From contig OX597820.1 of the NCBI GenBank assembly GCA_951406725.2, forward strand, positions 41,168,001 through 41,232,000: a stretch of DNA of 64,000 nucleotides, written 5' to 3'. The stretch comes from Octopus vulgaris (taxonomy: Eukaryota). The position numbers and the translations under genes were made by a program. The notes below the pieces were generated by a model that was not told the origin of the DNA, did not search any database, and saw only the letters and a list, made by a program, of their open reading frames with translations. Of the stretch, positions 38,300-55,059 are shown piece by piece (the stretch's first letter is position 1; the number at the start of each line of letters is the position of its first letter).

Positions 38300-38681
38300 T
38301 GTATATAATTATAGATACACACTTCTGTTTGCACATAAGTCTTAGTCGTTGATTGGACTGCAACCATTTCGATGTACCTCTATCATATTCATTATTGGAG
38401 ACGTATGTTTGTATGTTGTCTCTGAGCTGATAATCACATGGGTCTTTAAAGTACTAAGAAACAAAAGAGGGGAAGGAAACAAAGTGCATAGGGCTCCACT
38501 TTTGTAATTGCTAGTTTAAGTATGGAAGCCGTCTGTCTAAGCTGCCTCTTCTTCGGTGTTTTTTCTCCAATCTTGTCTGCTTTGCTAGTTGGTTATGCTG
38601 AGTGACCGGGTACACTATAGTTCACAATTTTTCTTTTTAGTTATTGTATTCAACATAGTACACACAAACTTCCTTCAATTC

Positions 38682-38736
<55 letters not shown>

Positions 38737-39329
38737 TAAAATGGTGTCACGTCATTGATGATGATGATGATGATGATGATACTGTTGCTCTAGTGCTTAA
38801 TGGTCGCGGTATGGGTGGTGCGAAAATTCTCAGACAGACACTGAAATTATTTTCCTTTCTCTTAACAATATCGCCGCCCTATTTAGATTTGGTTTTTTGA
38901 TGTTTGTGTTATTGTCACTCTCACACTGCTTTTTTCTTCTTTTTTCTTTCGTTTTCTTTCTTTCTTCCTTCTTCTGTTTCTATATTTCTCTTGTTCGTTT
39001 TTTTAGTTATTTTTTTATTAATTTTTGTTTTTGTTTATATTCTTGTTTTACTTTTTATTGTTTAATTTTTCTGTCTTTTTTATTGTCATGATTTATAATA
39101 GATTTTATAAATAAAAAAAAAATTCTTTATTCATTTATATATTTTTTTCCTCAGATATATTTATTGTTTCCTTTGCTCTCTTTTATATGTACTGTATTTC
39201 TGGCTCATACATGTGTGTGTACTTAAGTGTGTATGCATGCTTTATATGTTACATACATACATACATATACACACATATATATATATACATATACACACAA
39301 ACTCATATATATATATATATGTACATACA

Positions 39330-39381
<52 letters not shown>

Positions 39382-39389
39382 GTATATAT

Positions 39390-39460
<71 letters not shown>

Positions 39461-39480
39461 TATACATATATATGCATACT

Positions 39481-39519
<39 letters not shown>

Positions 39520-39869
39520 GTTTAATTTTTAATGTTTATTTGCCTTTGTTTTGTTGGTTTTTATCATTATTATTTGCTTTTTTATTATTCTTGTGCGCCG
39601 GGGAACGGCTAACAAATTATAACAAAGACAAGTCAAATTTATATTTCCTTACACACGCACATAGATACACACACACACACACACACGGACGCACACACGC
39701 GCGCGCATTTATATTTTCTCTTCTACCTCTTCGTCCTGTGCTTTCTCAATAAACACAGACACTGTCACCTTTCATTTTTCTCTCTCCCATCTCCCCTCCC
39801 TCTCACTCTCCTTTTCCACCCCCATCTCTTTCTTTAACTCATACTGTACATTTTGTTTGCTGCTAAGGA

Positions 39870-39945
39870 TTAGCAGTAGCAGCAGTACAGTAGTAGTAGT
39901 AGTAGCAGCAGCAGCACAGTAATAGTAGCAGCAGCAGTAGCAGTA

Positions 39946-40023
<78 letters not shown>

Positions 40024-40058
40024 CAGCAGCAGCAGCAGCTGCAGCAGCATTAGTAGTA
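39870..40058. repeat. (TAG)n/(CAG)n trinucleotide tract
   Basis: Directly visible. Confidence 0.95.
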
Positions 40059-40316
40059 ACAATTATAATAGCGTTATTGTTTTGGTCGTGGTTGTTTAAT
40101 CCCAGGTTAGCTTGGATAGAGAAAATCTGCGACTAAAAACGTTCCTGCTAACAGCCATTTTAGTTTCTAATACAGTATTTGCTTCTTCGTTTCAAATTGC
40201 AATTATAAGTCACTATAGGACCACCAACGTCTTAGAAACAACTTAAGTTTGTTAGTTATCGATATAGTTAGTTAGTTTGTTAGTTAGTTATATATGTATG
40301 TTAGTTATATATGTAT

Positions 40317-40841
40317 GTCTGGTCACTTTCGAGTGCCACTGGTAACATGTAACCCAGTACAACCTGTTGCATGGTCGAGTTATCGGCGACTAAACCGGCA
40401 ACCCCACGAAACTTGCTTGGTGAGGGGGGGGTGTTTATTGGACACCCTGCGGGATGAAAAACAAAACCCGGCAAAGGGTGGAGGAATTCTTGAGATTCAA
40501 CGGCCATCCAATAAACGTGTAATTTTTTTTTCTTAAGGCTTAAGGCTGTATCATGCGCGGGGACATAGAAATATATATGTATGTATTCTGCCTGTATGTC
40601 TGTGCACACCTATCAATGCAACGTATGCCAGAAGGTTTGGAAATCTAACGGAGGCCATTTTAAGATCCACAAAGATCAGAACTTAACTGCAGCTCTTGGT
40701 GGTCCAAATTGGATAGGCAATCTATGTGGGTGTTTTTTCATTGTCAGTTTTAGAAAGCCACATCAAATGAATGATGGTTTTAAGGTGTAGGTACAAGAGG
40801 TGGCCAAACTCAGCATAAGGGGTAGACAACCACCATGTATG
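40317..40841 (+). mobile_element. Composite retroelement remnant: GC-richer UTR/SINE-like segment plus a C2H2-finger-encoding LINE-like 3' end
   Basis: Both segments are bounded by ATGTATG motifs (~40311, ~40577, ~40835). ORF 40581..40790 has YQCNVCQKVWKSNGG-HFKIH and a second degenerate LCGC..H, with no TGEKP linker. Confidence 0.45.
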
Positions 40842-42219
40842 AAGATTGGTAGGTAGGTAGTGGTGGTATAATCAAGGGTACTTTTTTGCTTTATGTGTAT
40901 CCGTCTGTGTAAGTGATTGTAAGAAATGGAAATATTGATAATGAAAAAAAAAACTTTGTCAAGGATTTGGTGGGATGATGTGTGAGGTGGTGTGTGTGAA
41001 ACAATATTTTTCTTATTGTAAATGCGTTTGTTATTATTGAACCTTGCGAGGGGCATCATGCTGATAATAATAAAAACACGCACTTGTTCCGTTTTTCTGT
41101 TATTGTTAGTTAATGGGTTAGTTACTCCGTTAACCAATTAAGCGATCAGCGGTTTTTTTTACTAGTTTTTCAAACTCATTTGTTAAACAATTGGTCAAAC
41201 AAATCGTTCAAATGTTCAGTATAGTTAGTGTTGTCATTTCATTTCTCTCCTTATTTTGTCTATTATTGTTGTTGATTTATTGGTAGGACTGAACACGAAA
41301 CTTCAGTGGAAATATATATTGTGAATGGGAATGATAATCATTAGTTTCAAATATATTTGACAGCCACAAATTTTTGTTGGATGGGTTACTCGTACTTTAA
41401 TTACAGTACTTTAATGGGTCTTTATTTCACCGACTCCAGTAAGAAAAGGATGAAACATTAAGTAAGTAAACCTTGGAGGTATGTGAACACAGAATTTAAA
41501 GAGCTAGAAAATATTTTGTCCAACGTTCTGATTGCCATCACAACTTGGTGGTATCGAAAATTCAGTAGTTTCTTCTTTCCTTTACCCCGTGACATCCTTT
41601 TCAGCAGGCATTTCCTCAAATACATTCTATTATTGATCACCCGGTTCATTTTCGGATACAGCTATTATGTTGTGCTATATCATTCAACCAGCTTTTTTTT
41701 AACACGCTACAATGTTATTTTACGAGAAGAATTTTGCTGCTATTTCTAGTTGATCGAGCGACAGGCTTGTGAAACAGCAAAAGGTTTTTAGCACAGGTAA
41801 GATCTCTGTCATACTAATAGGTAGATGCTTATGATCTTAGGTGGCATATCACAGATAAACTCATTATGTTCAATTTTAGGGTCGATAAAATAAGCACCTG
41901 ATCGGCTGGAACAAGGAGGAAAAGAAGGAGTGTAGAGGGAACAGACACAAAGTGCTTTACAATTATTTATTTTTATTATTATTTATTTTTTTGTCATAAA
42001 GATTTTGGTTTTCTTAAACAAACTTATCTCCCTACTCAACTTGTCATCAACAAGATCTCGGTTAGATGTCACCGAAGTTATGTTTTGATAGCCTGCAGGT
42101 CGAGTAATTCCCCCCCGTATGTTTCTATATAGGTGTCACTGGATCAGTGGGAAAGGGCTGTGGTGGTGGTGGTGGTGGTGGTGGAGGTTAAGTGGAAATA
42201 ACAGGTGGGGAAAGAGTCA

Positions 42220-42235
42220 GATAATAATAATAATA

Positions 42236-42288
<53 letters not shown>

Positions 42289-42395
42289 AATAATAATGAT
42301 AATAATGATAATAATAATAATAATAAAAATAAAAATAAAAATAAAAATAAAAATAATAAAAATAACAATAATAACAATAATAATAATAATAATAA
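42220..42395. repeat. (AAT)n with (AATAAA)n
   Basis: Directly visible. Confidence 0.95.
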
Positions 42396-42699
42396 AAGAT
42401 TAAATAAATACATGAGTAAATGAATGTACACAAATCCGCTTCATAAAGCGGAAGAGACGGAAATAAAAAGGCGAGCAATGAAAATACTACTTTACACACA
42501 ACATATAGACACAATCAAAAACAGGCACACAACATACCACGGGCGCGCACGCGCACATAGACACACACAGACACACACATACGCACAAACACACACACAC
42601 ACACACATTGCACCTTGTTAACGAAGGACATTCACAGTACTCAAAGCATATTATAGAGCTAACTGTTTATTAAAAAGTGAATTCTATTTTTTATTTTCC

Positions 42700-44290
<1,591 letters not shown>

Positions 44291-45105
44291 TAGATATTTT
44301 CTGCAACATATGCTGTCCATCATAAATAAAATGCCCTTAATGCCTTTCTTTGACATACATACATATATGCATAAATACGCATAGATATATTTGCATGCAA
44401 AATGTATATATATAAGTTTATGAGTGTAGTTTATACGTATATAAAAATATGCGTATATAAAAAAAAATATATATATATACATATATATACATACATACAT
44501 ACATACATATATATACACACACACATATTTATGCACTCGTATATGTATACGGTATTAAATGTACATATCAAAATGTATACGTAAAGGCTCATATAGAAGA
44601 ATGCGTAGAGCAAGTTATGAAATAATATAGGAAAAGATGGAGAGGCGAGAGAAAATATGGAGAAATAGAGAAAAAAAAAGACAGGTATTTCAATCGACTT
44701 CAATAAGCTTCAATATTTCGGAGAACGCAGGTGTGGAGTTTTGAATCGATCTATTTGTTCTATTCAATTAGTTACTTTACATCAACCACCCTGCTCGACT
44801 TTCTGCCTCTACCACACCCGTTTCTTCAACACTTGCACAATATTTTCAAACAATTATCACCATAGTGAACTGAATGGCACCATGCGGCTGCATGCATGTT
44901 TATATGCTTGAATGAATTTGTGCGGGTACATGGATTTAGGACCCTATGACACATATATGTACACATACACACAGAGATATGCAACCGCATATGTTCTTTA
45001 CGAATGCATTCCCAAATGTACTCTCTCATTCTTATCTGTGTATAAATGTATGCATGTGTATACGCGCACATGACCGTGTAAAAACACACAGGTGCGTGTA
45101 TATAT

Positions 45106-45140
<35 letters not shown>

Positions 45141-45273
45141 CACAGACAGAGAGAAAGAGGGAGTGAATATGTATATGTAGGTGTATATATCTATAGCTGT
45201 ATTTACATACATGTGTGTGCGTGCCTGCTTATATATTCATATTTTAGATATGTATGAGTGTAAAGAAGCATGC

Positions 45274-45328
<55 letters not shown>

Positions 45329-45409
45329 CATGCACACATAAACACACCCATATACATGCATATAAACACACATATATATCTATCTACATATGCATGTATA
45401 TATATGCAC

Positions 45410-45442
<33 letters not shown>

Positions 45443-46030
45443 CGCATGCATGTATGTATGTATATATATATATATATGCGTGTATTTGTATATATGTGCA
45501 TACAATCTGTGTCACTCAGAAATTAATATTTGCCCAGCTAAGCAAAAGTAAAAATGACAGAAAAATTTTGCATTAGATTTAGGTGTGAATCGAAATTACA
45601 CCCTTTGGGATCTAAGGTTATATTCTTCGTTATATTTACATAGTTTGCACAGTCACACTTGAGAGGTGAAAAATGAAGTCGGTTCAGCTGCTGAAATAAC
45701 TCGTGAATTTGGTCGTGTGAAACCAACGAAATCATTTCTGGCATAAGTTTCTCTTTTTTATATTTAATATTGTTTTATATTTTTTCGTCTTGCTTCAATC
45801 CGTTTTCTCTGTGTCTCTGTTTAAACCTTTATACACACATACATATGCACGTATATATACACGCACTAGCATACATACATCTGTATACGTACATGCGTCT
45901 GTGTGTGTGCATTTCTCTCTCTCTCTCACTCACACACACTCTCTCTCTCTTTCTGTATGTATACATACACACACACACATATATGTATGCATATACATAT
46001 AAACAAATATACATATACACACATATAAAC

Positions 46031-46081
<51 letters not shown>

Positions 46082-46091
46082 CATATATGTA

Positions 46092-46180
<89 letters not shown>

Positions 46181-46185
<5 letters not shown>

Positions 46186-46396
46186 TAATCCAAACCTGAA
46201 AACACAAAGAGAAAACTCAACAACGCGAGGACGTGGAACAAATATAGTTTTATTGGACGCTCAGGAAGGAAGGGAAGAAGGAGGGTTTAACGTTTCGAGC
46301 GGAGCTCTTCGTCAGAAAGATAGGAAAAGGAAAGATCCAGAGAAGGGAAGACGGAGGAAAAAAATCCCCAACGGTACACACGCGGTCACATTTTGA
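46181..46396 (-). mobile_element. Short non-coding Penelope-terminus-like element with a hammerhead motif, inside (TA)n
   Basis: Shares CTTTCTG..GAAGAGC..GCTCGAAACGT.AA..TTCCTGAGCG..AATA..TTTGT with the 18847 and 55345 elements; (TA)n on both sides. Confidence 0.7.
46286..46318 (-). ncRNA. Minimal type I hammerhead ribozyme motif, canonical core
   Basis: Minus strand TTT-CTGACGA-A-GAGC-TCC-GCTC-GAAAC-GTT-AAA; palindromic AACGTT in stem III; stem I only 3 bp. Confidence 0.65.
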
Positions 46397-46614
46397 ATAT
46401 ATATATACATATTGTATATCTATGTTTATATGTAAGTATGTATATGTATACCACTATGCCAGACTTGCAATCCAGTATGACTTAGTAGAATGTACTATGC
46501 TTTCGCTAATTGTTTCAGGTGTTTATGTAGTCACGAACTGACATAGACGCTCTCTGGAGTCTTCCACCCGCCACCCAGAAGAATATCTAGTATGTGACTG
46601 CTGGATAGAAACAG

Positions 46615-46765
46615 AGCAGCGGCAGCACTCAGTTAAAAGCTGACACAGGTTGAGTACACCTGAAATGAAGTGCATTGGTTAAAGATGCAATGCTTCACCC
46701 CAGTTCAGGAATCGAACCTTCTACGCTACGATCACGAGGCCAATTGCCCAACCACGACAGCATAT
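46615..46765 (-). mobile_element. Degraded family C SINE
   Basis: TGAAATGAAGTG..CAGGAATCGAACC..TACGATCACGAG..AACCAC. Confidence 0.55.
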
Positions 46766-48170
46766 ATGCTCATATAAATATATAAATCTACGATAATTGG
46801 TCATCTACCTGTTCAAAGTAAATTCTTCTGATGATGATTACTTGTCATAATGATACTATCCTAAACTTTGAAATCTTCCGTTTGCACTTCATGAAATATT
46901 AGAAATACACCCATAAATATAATGACAGCATACATATTTTTTTCAAGTCGGTGTTATGGGTTCAAAGAAAGAAGCAAGACCGAACCACACACACACACAT
47001 ACACAAAGAAAGTTGTTAGTGGTAGGAAATTTGAATATTAGTCAAATCAGCAAGTTCTAAACTTGAAATATTGCAAAGATCAATTCCCTCTGTTCCTGAC
47101 AAAAATCGTACGACTCCTAATATATACATATATATGCATATACTTGTAACATCAGATTGCTAACTGCTACACTTTCCTATGCAGGGGAATATGATGTGTG
47201 TACGAATCTCTTTGTGTCTATGTGTACATGTTTCTTAGAGTATGCATAGAATTTAATAATATATATTACATAACTATAAACCTATGTAACTGACGATGAT
47301 GATATATGCTGGTGCGTTTAATTATTTAAATTGAATATATAAAACTTCTTGTAAATTTGAGGGTAAATATGTATGTATATATATATATATATATATAAAT
47401 ATAAAGATATATAGATATACATACATACATACACATACATATGCATATCTATAAATGCATACATGGCTACACAGTCACACAGGAACATACACATTATGCC
47501 GATACTAGACCTGCCATATAAACTTGTTCGTTCGGTATATTATGCACTAAGTTACAATATATGCATAAAAGACGCACACACACACACACACAAATATATA
47601 TATATTCATATATACATACACACACTCATATATATTTATGCATACATATATATGTGTATGTGTGTGCAACCAAATAGGCATATACAATCAGCTTTATACA
47701 AAAACAGAAGTATCTAAGCGCGTGTAGATCTATCTATGTATGTATGTATGCATGTACATACACGAATGCAAGAATGCATAAGTGAAGGGATGAAAAAAGA
47801 AAATATAAACACCATATCAGTGCACTTGAAAGCAAATGCATTATTATCGTTGGTATTGTTGTTGTTGTTGTTGGCATTGGTGTTGGTGATGGTGACGGTG
47901 AGTGATCTTGTTGCTTATATTATTAAAGACAGCAAAAACAAAAGTAAGCAAAATGAAATTAAAAGCTAAATAAACAAAAAAAAATGACACACAAAAAAAA
48001 TATGAAATTTAAATGACAGGAAAGGAAATAACAACTACACCAACAATATAAATGAGACAAAATACAGAGAACTTCAGAAATATTTAATAAAAAAAATATA
48101 TATATATATATATTTCTATAAAAACTCAGATGTAAAGAAAAACTAAAAAAAGGACAAAAAAGTCACATTA

Positions 48171-48229
<59 letters not shown>

Positions 48230-48507
48230 CGCAAAGTAATCCAGTGTGTTAATATTATCTTGGTTCTTAGTTATAAAAAAAAAGCGGGGGAAAAAGCCGA
48301 TGTCAAAATATAAAATAAAAAAGTAGAAAAATCATTTAAAAACGGCAATCCCTAGAATCATATACTAATTTTTATATCTCAACTACTTTTCTGTTGAAAT
48401 ATATTATTTATTCCAAGTTCTATTATTATAGTTGAAGAATTTTCTATCTTTTTGTTTCAAAAGATTTCATTAAAATTTTTCTAGTTTTTCTACTTTGGTT
48501 CTCAGAC

Positions 48508-48534
48508 ATTCTTCTTCTTCTTCTTCTTCTTCTT

Positions 48535-48633
<99 letters not shown>

Positions 48634-48643
48634 GTTATTATTA

Positions 48644-48698
<55 letters not shown>

Positions 48699-48929
48699 CA
48701 TTATTATTATTATTATTATTAATCTACTTTTTCGCTTTCGTTGCTATAGTTATTTTCGTTTGTCCTCCATCTCCTCATCCACCTCCTCCTTCACCTCGTC
48801 AAACACCACCACCAAAACCACCCCCCACCACCCCTCCTCCTCCTCCTTTTCGTCGTCATCATCATCATCATCATCATCACCATCATCATCATCACCATCA
48901 TCATCGTCATCATCATCATCATCATCATT

Positions 48930-48987
<58 letters not shown>

Positions 48988-49005
48988 CCACCACCACCAT
49001 CATCA
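48508..49005. repeat. (TCT)n-(TAT)n ... (CAT)n trinucleotide tracts
   Basis: Directly visible; source of ORF 48596..49351. Confidence 0.95.
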
Positions 49006-49252
49006 GCCTAATTTGCATCACCAACCCTTATACCATCACCACTGTCATAAGCATCTTCAAGTTTCGTCGTCGGTTTCGTATCTGTTTGTTGCCGTTGTTG
49101 TTGCTCATATTTGTCCATTTTATTGCTTACTGCTGATGTTGTTGTTGCTGTTCTTATCCTTATTACATCTTCATCTACATCGTCATCATCACTTCTTTCG
49201 CTTCTTGACTTTATTTCGACTTAAGTCTTCTGCTTACATACACATAGACACG

Positions 49253-49293
<41 letters not shown>

Positions 49294-49492
49294 GCTTACG
49301 TGTATATATATATATACATACATATACGCATATACATTTATATATATGTAAGTGTGCATGCACACGAATATATGTATATATATGTATGTATGTGTATATA
49401 TATACGTATGTATATATATATATATGTATGTATATATATATGTACGTATATATGTATATATATATGTATGTATATATGTGTGTATATATATT

Positions 49493-49533
<41 letters not shown>

Positions 49534-49683
49534 CATATATATATACGTATATGTACACACACGCTTATACACACATATTATCATACATGCATAACCTTCT
49601 GTCATTTGCTGAACTGTTGTTACTACCGCAAAATTCCATTTATAAACCAACACTGGGGCAATTACACACATAGGTAACCGTTA

Positions 49684-49747
<64 letters not shown>

Positions 49748-50651
49748 GCACGCACACACACACACACGAAACACAGATACACACTGACTCACATAAATGC
49801 ATAATCGTTCACATATTTTCATTGTCTCTCATCCGTAAACTCAGATGAGGAAATATATATATATATATATACATACATATATATATGTGTATACATATAT
49901 ATCTACACACACATACACATGCCCATACCGTTACATATATGTTAGACCTCACATAAGACAAATACACTCTAAAACATATACATATATTTGCACACATACA
50001 CACATACACACACACAAGCTCATACCGTTATGTATGTGTTAGATCTCACGTAAAACAGGTACTCTCTAAAACATATATATATATGCATACATACGCGCGC
50101 GCGTATACATACCACTGTGCACACAGACAGACATTTATAACTGCATCGAGAGCTACATTAAAATTACATATATGACATATGTAGAGAAAAAAAAAGTTTT
50201 TCTTTGCACATATATTCTTCCTCAAACCATTTTCTCAGGTTCATTATTATTATTATTAATATTATTGTGGTTGTTGTTCAATTGTTGTTGTTATCATTGT
50301 TGTTGTTGTTGTTCTTTGTATTGCTTGTAGTTGTAGGTGCTGTTGTTTTGTTCTTAGAGTTACTTTTTTCTTTTCTGAACGCACCATTTTAATTCTTTGC
50401 TCATTTTCTAAGGCATTGCTTTAGCAATGACTAGTCTGTTTAAGCTTGTTCTCTTCTCCCCATTCTCTCTCTCTCTCTCACACCACAAAACCTGGCTGGC
50501 TGGCGCTCTGTGTTATTCATTTATTATTAGATTGTAAATATGACAAAATATATAAAAATACTGCCACCAAACTAGTAAATACAGGCATACATACACGATC
50601 GAAAGTATGTGCAACTACAAACACACACACACACACACACATACACACACA

Positions 50652-50685
<34 letters not shown>

Positions 50686-50856
50686 AATATATATATGTAG
50701 ATAGGTACAGGCATGTGTATGTCTGTATAAGAATGTTATCTATGTAACGTATACATAAATGCAGACGCGAATACGTACATGCAATCCATCCATCCAACCA
50801 TCCATCCACCCATACATACATATAATATATACGCACACAAATACACAAATATACAA

Positions 50857-50900
<44 letters not shown>

Positions 50901-50907
50901 ATGTGTG

Positions 50908-50962
<55 letters not shown>

Positions 50963-51129
50963 TTAATGAAGACACATGCAAACACTCACACACATACACG
51001 CAGACATACATTCATGGATGAAGTGTTACGTGTACCTATATTTCAACGCGCACTAATACAGTCACACATGTTTGTATGCACAGATATATGTAACCATGCA
51101 ATTGTATGTATGTATGTATATATATATAC

Positions 51130-51230
<101 letters not shown>

Positions 51231-51509
51231 TACATCTTTACACTACCGTCACGCACATACCTATATGCGTGTATATGTGTGTGTGTGTTGGGTACTTCTT
51301 ACGTACTGACATGAATACATAGATACATTAAGATATACATATAAATTAATCTCATATATACGAGTGCACAGCGTGTGCTTGTATATGTGTGTGTGTGTGT
51401 CATATGAATATTTTTTCGCCTTTCATTTCATTTCATTTCATTTATATTTAGTTAGGTATTTCTACTGTGACTCTACTTTTTCTCATTTTTTCTTCTTATA
51501 TATCTATGC

Positions 51510-51562
<53 letters not shown>

Positions 51563-51620
51563 TGTATGTATGTATGTATATATATGTATATGTATGCATG
51601 TATGTGTGTGTATATAAGTG

Positions 51621-51654
<34 letters not shown>

Positions 51655-52158
51655 TATATGTATATATATATGTATATGTATAAATACATTCACACATCAT
51701 CATACAGACATACATATATATATATGTACATACAGACACACACATACACACACACTCACACACACACACGTATATATATATATATATATATTGCTTTTAT
51801 GCAATATTTTGTATTTTAGTTTCTATATTTATTGCCGTATCTTGTGTTGGCAAAACAAAACAAAAGAAGAAAAAAGAAGAAAAAAAAAGCTAAGAAATCA
51901 GTAGAAATCTTAAAAGGAGGAAATATGTAAAGAAAAGAACAGAGAAAAAAAATCAAGTTAAAGAAACGTTATATATTAAAGATAAAAATAGACAGAAACT
52001 GTAGAGAAAAGAAAGAGAAAACCCATAAACAAAAATAGTCTAGAAGAGCAAACAAAGCATTGAGAAAACAACAATAATAAAGGAAAGACTCATAAGACAG
52101 TAATAAAAAACTATAACAAGAGCTAAGGGAAAAACAAAGGGTAAAAAAAAATAGATGC

Positions 52159-52218
<60 letters not shown>

Positions 52219-52376
52219 TGATGATAATAATAATAATAGCAATATTGATAATAATAATAATAACAATATTGGTAATGATAATAACAATAACAACAAATGG
52301 CTGAACTCAAAGTATTGTGTGATGTGAGTGGGATGTGTATGTCGGAGTGGAGAGCGGGGGTGCGTGAATATGAGCG

Positions 52377-52411
<35 letters not shown>

Positions 52412-52412
52412 C

Positions 52413-52461
<49 letters not shown>

Positions 52462-52832
52462 GTTGGCGTGTGTGCGTGCGTTCGTGTATGTGTGGCAATA
52501 GTAACTGTAGTTGAGTAGGTAGTATGTTCATGTGCAGGAATGTAAATGTGACGATGTAGGTTCGCGATTGGTATTCGGGGTTGTAAGCTGTGTGAAAAAT
52601 CAGATTATAGTTTTGTTTTTTTTTATTATTTTGTTCTTGATGATGGTGATGATGATGAGGAGTAGGAGGAGAAGGATGAGGATGATATGAAGTAGACGAC
52701 GACCGATGACAAGAATGTAGACGTATCGTCGTTAAGTAACAGTCATACGAAAAAAACACACTGAAGTGAACATATACTCGTTTATTAACTCATGCATGTA
52801 TATATCATGTATTTTATAGAAAGACTGCGAGG

Positions 52833-52881
<49 letters not shown>

Positions 52882-53083
52882 GACGTACATGTGAATATAT
52901 ATGTATATATGTAATACACATATATCTATTGATACATGCATGCATAAATGCATATATCCATATACATACATACATACATACATATATACATATATATGTA
53001 GTATGTGCAGTCTTTCAATAACACACAAGGCATATACATGCATGAATTGATAAAATTATGCATGTGTGTGTGGTGTGTGTGTA

Positions 53084-53114
<31 letters not shown>

Positions 53115-53376
53115 GTATGTCTTTGCCTGTGAGTGTGTGTATCTGTAGAAGTTAGAATTTACATATCTTCGCGCGTTATTCTGTGGGTGCGTTAATAGTA
53201 TGTATGTATATATGTGTGTGTGTCTGTGCGTGTGTGTGTCTCTGTGTGTGTATACACAAACATACATATATGACTGCATACACATGCACATATATGAGGC
53301 ATAACCACACACACACGCGCGCGCGCGCGCGCAAACACATTCACCCACACTTATATTTGTATATAGGGAGCGAGAA

Positions 53377-53410
<34 letters not shown>

Positions 53411-53959
53411 GCAACCGGATACACTCAACCTAATAAGTGATGTGCATATTTCTATCTTCAAGTTGGGAAATGTCTTTGTGAATGAATGAATGACTGCAAG
53501 TAAACTTTAGAATGCATTTGAAAATAAATAAATAAATAAATAATCATCAAATCAGAAACATGAGCTATTCAATTGAAATATATATATATATATACACACA
53601 CTGAAGCACTCATATACATGAGTGTGTTTGTGTCTGTCTCTGTGTGTGTATGTATGTACGTATGTATCTATGTATGCAGTAATGCACTTGACTAATTCCT
53701 TATTAACAGGATAATACTGGATCACACAAAACTAAGAAAAAGAACCATTCATATCTTTGGAATGATTCCTTAAGTACGCATTTCAGTTCACATCCCCCGT
53801 TTCACTGACTTGTTCATTGTACATTGTTAATGCAACGCACTTGCATGGAACATGAAGAAACTATCAGAGAAATGTCATTAGCTTTAACTAGACTGTAAAT
53901 ATCATTTGTAAATCGCAACAGAAATACACGCAGGTTTAGAACGGGGGAACGCAAAGATA

Positions 53960-54095
53960 ATCACTCGAATCACAAGAAATAGCAGTCAAATAAAACTCAT
54001 GACATCATAATAGCCTCGAGGTGAGGACACACAATAAGTAAAATAATCCAAAATACCACCACAAAAAACGAGATGATCATAGGTTTGAGTTTCCT
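53960..54095 (+). mobile_element. Degraded family D repeat
   Basis: AGAAATAGCAGTCAAAT..GGACACA..GATGATCATAGG. Confidence 0.45.
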
Positions 54096-55059
54096 ACTTA
54101 CACAGCAAAAACTAAGCTATTTCAAGTCAATTCTCAATTACAATTTGATTTTATAATTAGTCTTTTACATTTAGGTTAATTGTTAAAATGAGCAGGTTTA
54201 AGGAAAGATCTGATTCACAAAACTATTTCTACTCTTTAGAGGAAAAGAGCAATATAAAGGAACTAGCTTCTTTTTTCCTTTTATATTTTTGTCAATATAT
54301 ATTTTAGACTATAATAAAAAAATTCGTCAATATTTCCGACGCAGTGAACATATCACTTGAATAGGTTAATTCTTTATCGTATAGAACACCTAAATGTTTG
54401 TATGAATTTGAAAAATTCATAGTATAAGCAAGCAGTACAAATATCAATATTTAAACTGAGAATTAATAAGAATCACAAAAATGTAATTAATAAAGTTTTA
54501 AAGTTCACTTTACATCTAGAAAGAGTTTAATTTAACCTTTTGGTTGCATTTTGCGTCTTAGTTAAGGAAGAGCAGAATCAATTGAAACGTTTACAAATAC
54601 TTTGTGACAGATGGAAGGAAGGAATTTACCTTCCCATCCTTGGGGATTTCACTAAATGTCTGCAACAGAGAAGACACCGCTAAGAAACCTGAGCATATGC
54701 GTGATTTCATTGCCATTTAAAAACTCCAGTAGACACAAAAACTCAACACTGTTGTTAATTATTAAGCTATTACATCTGCAATATCGGTTATAAAACTTAC
54801 CTTTGAAGCATTCGATTGGAACCTCATATATTACCATATGATAGATGTGAACAAGAAAGAAGTAATAGGATAATACATTATATATGTAATCACAATGAGA
54901 GAACAACAGAGTATTTCTGAAGCCTAAGTGTACAAACTGAAGAATACTTCGCTGAGAAGTTCAGATAGGGCTAAAACACAAAGAGCTGGTTTCTAAACTA
55001 GATCCAAGTCTCCTTCATAGCAATTTCAACATCAACAACGGGGTATTTTTATATGTATG

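Noticed and set aside
48596-49351. 251-aa ORF with poly-Leu, Pro and His (resembling a His-rich structural protein)
   Set aside because: Made of successive (TAT)n, (CCT)n, (CAT)n and (TA)n tracts, with a non-ATG start inside the repeat.
54555-54595. AAGGAAGAGC...GAAACGTT hammerhead-like string
   Set aside because: Lacks the CUGA box and stem II pairing.
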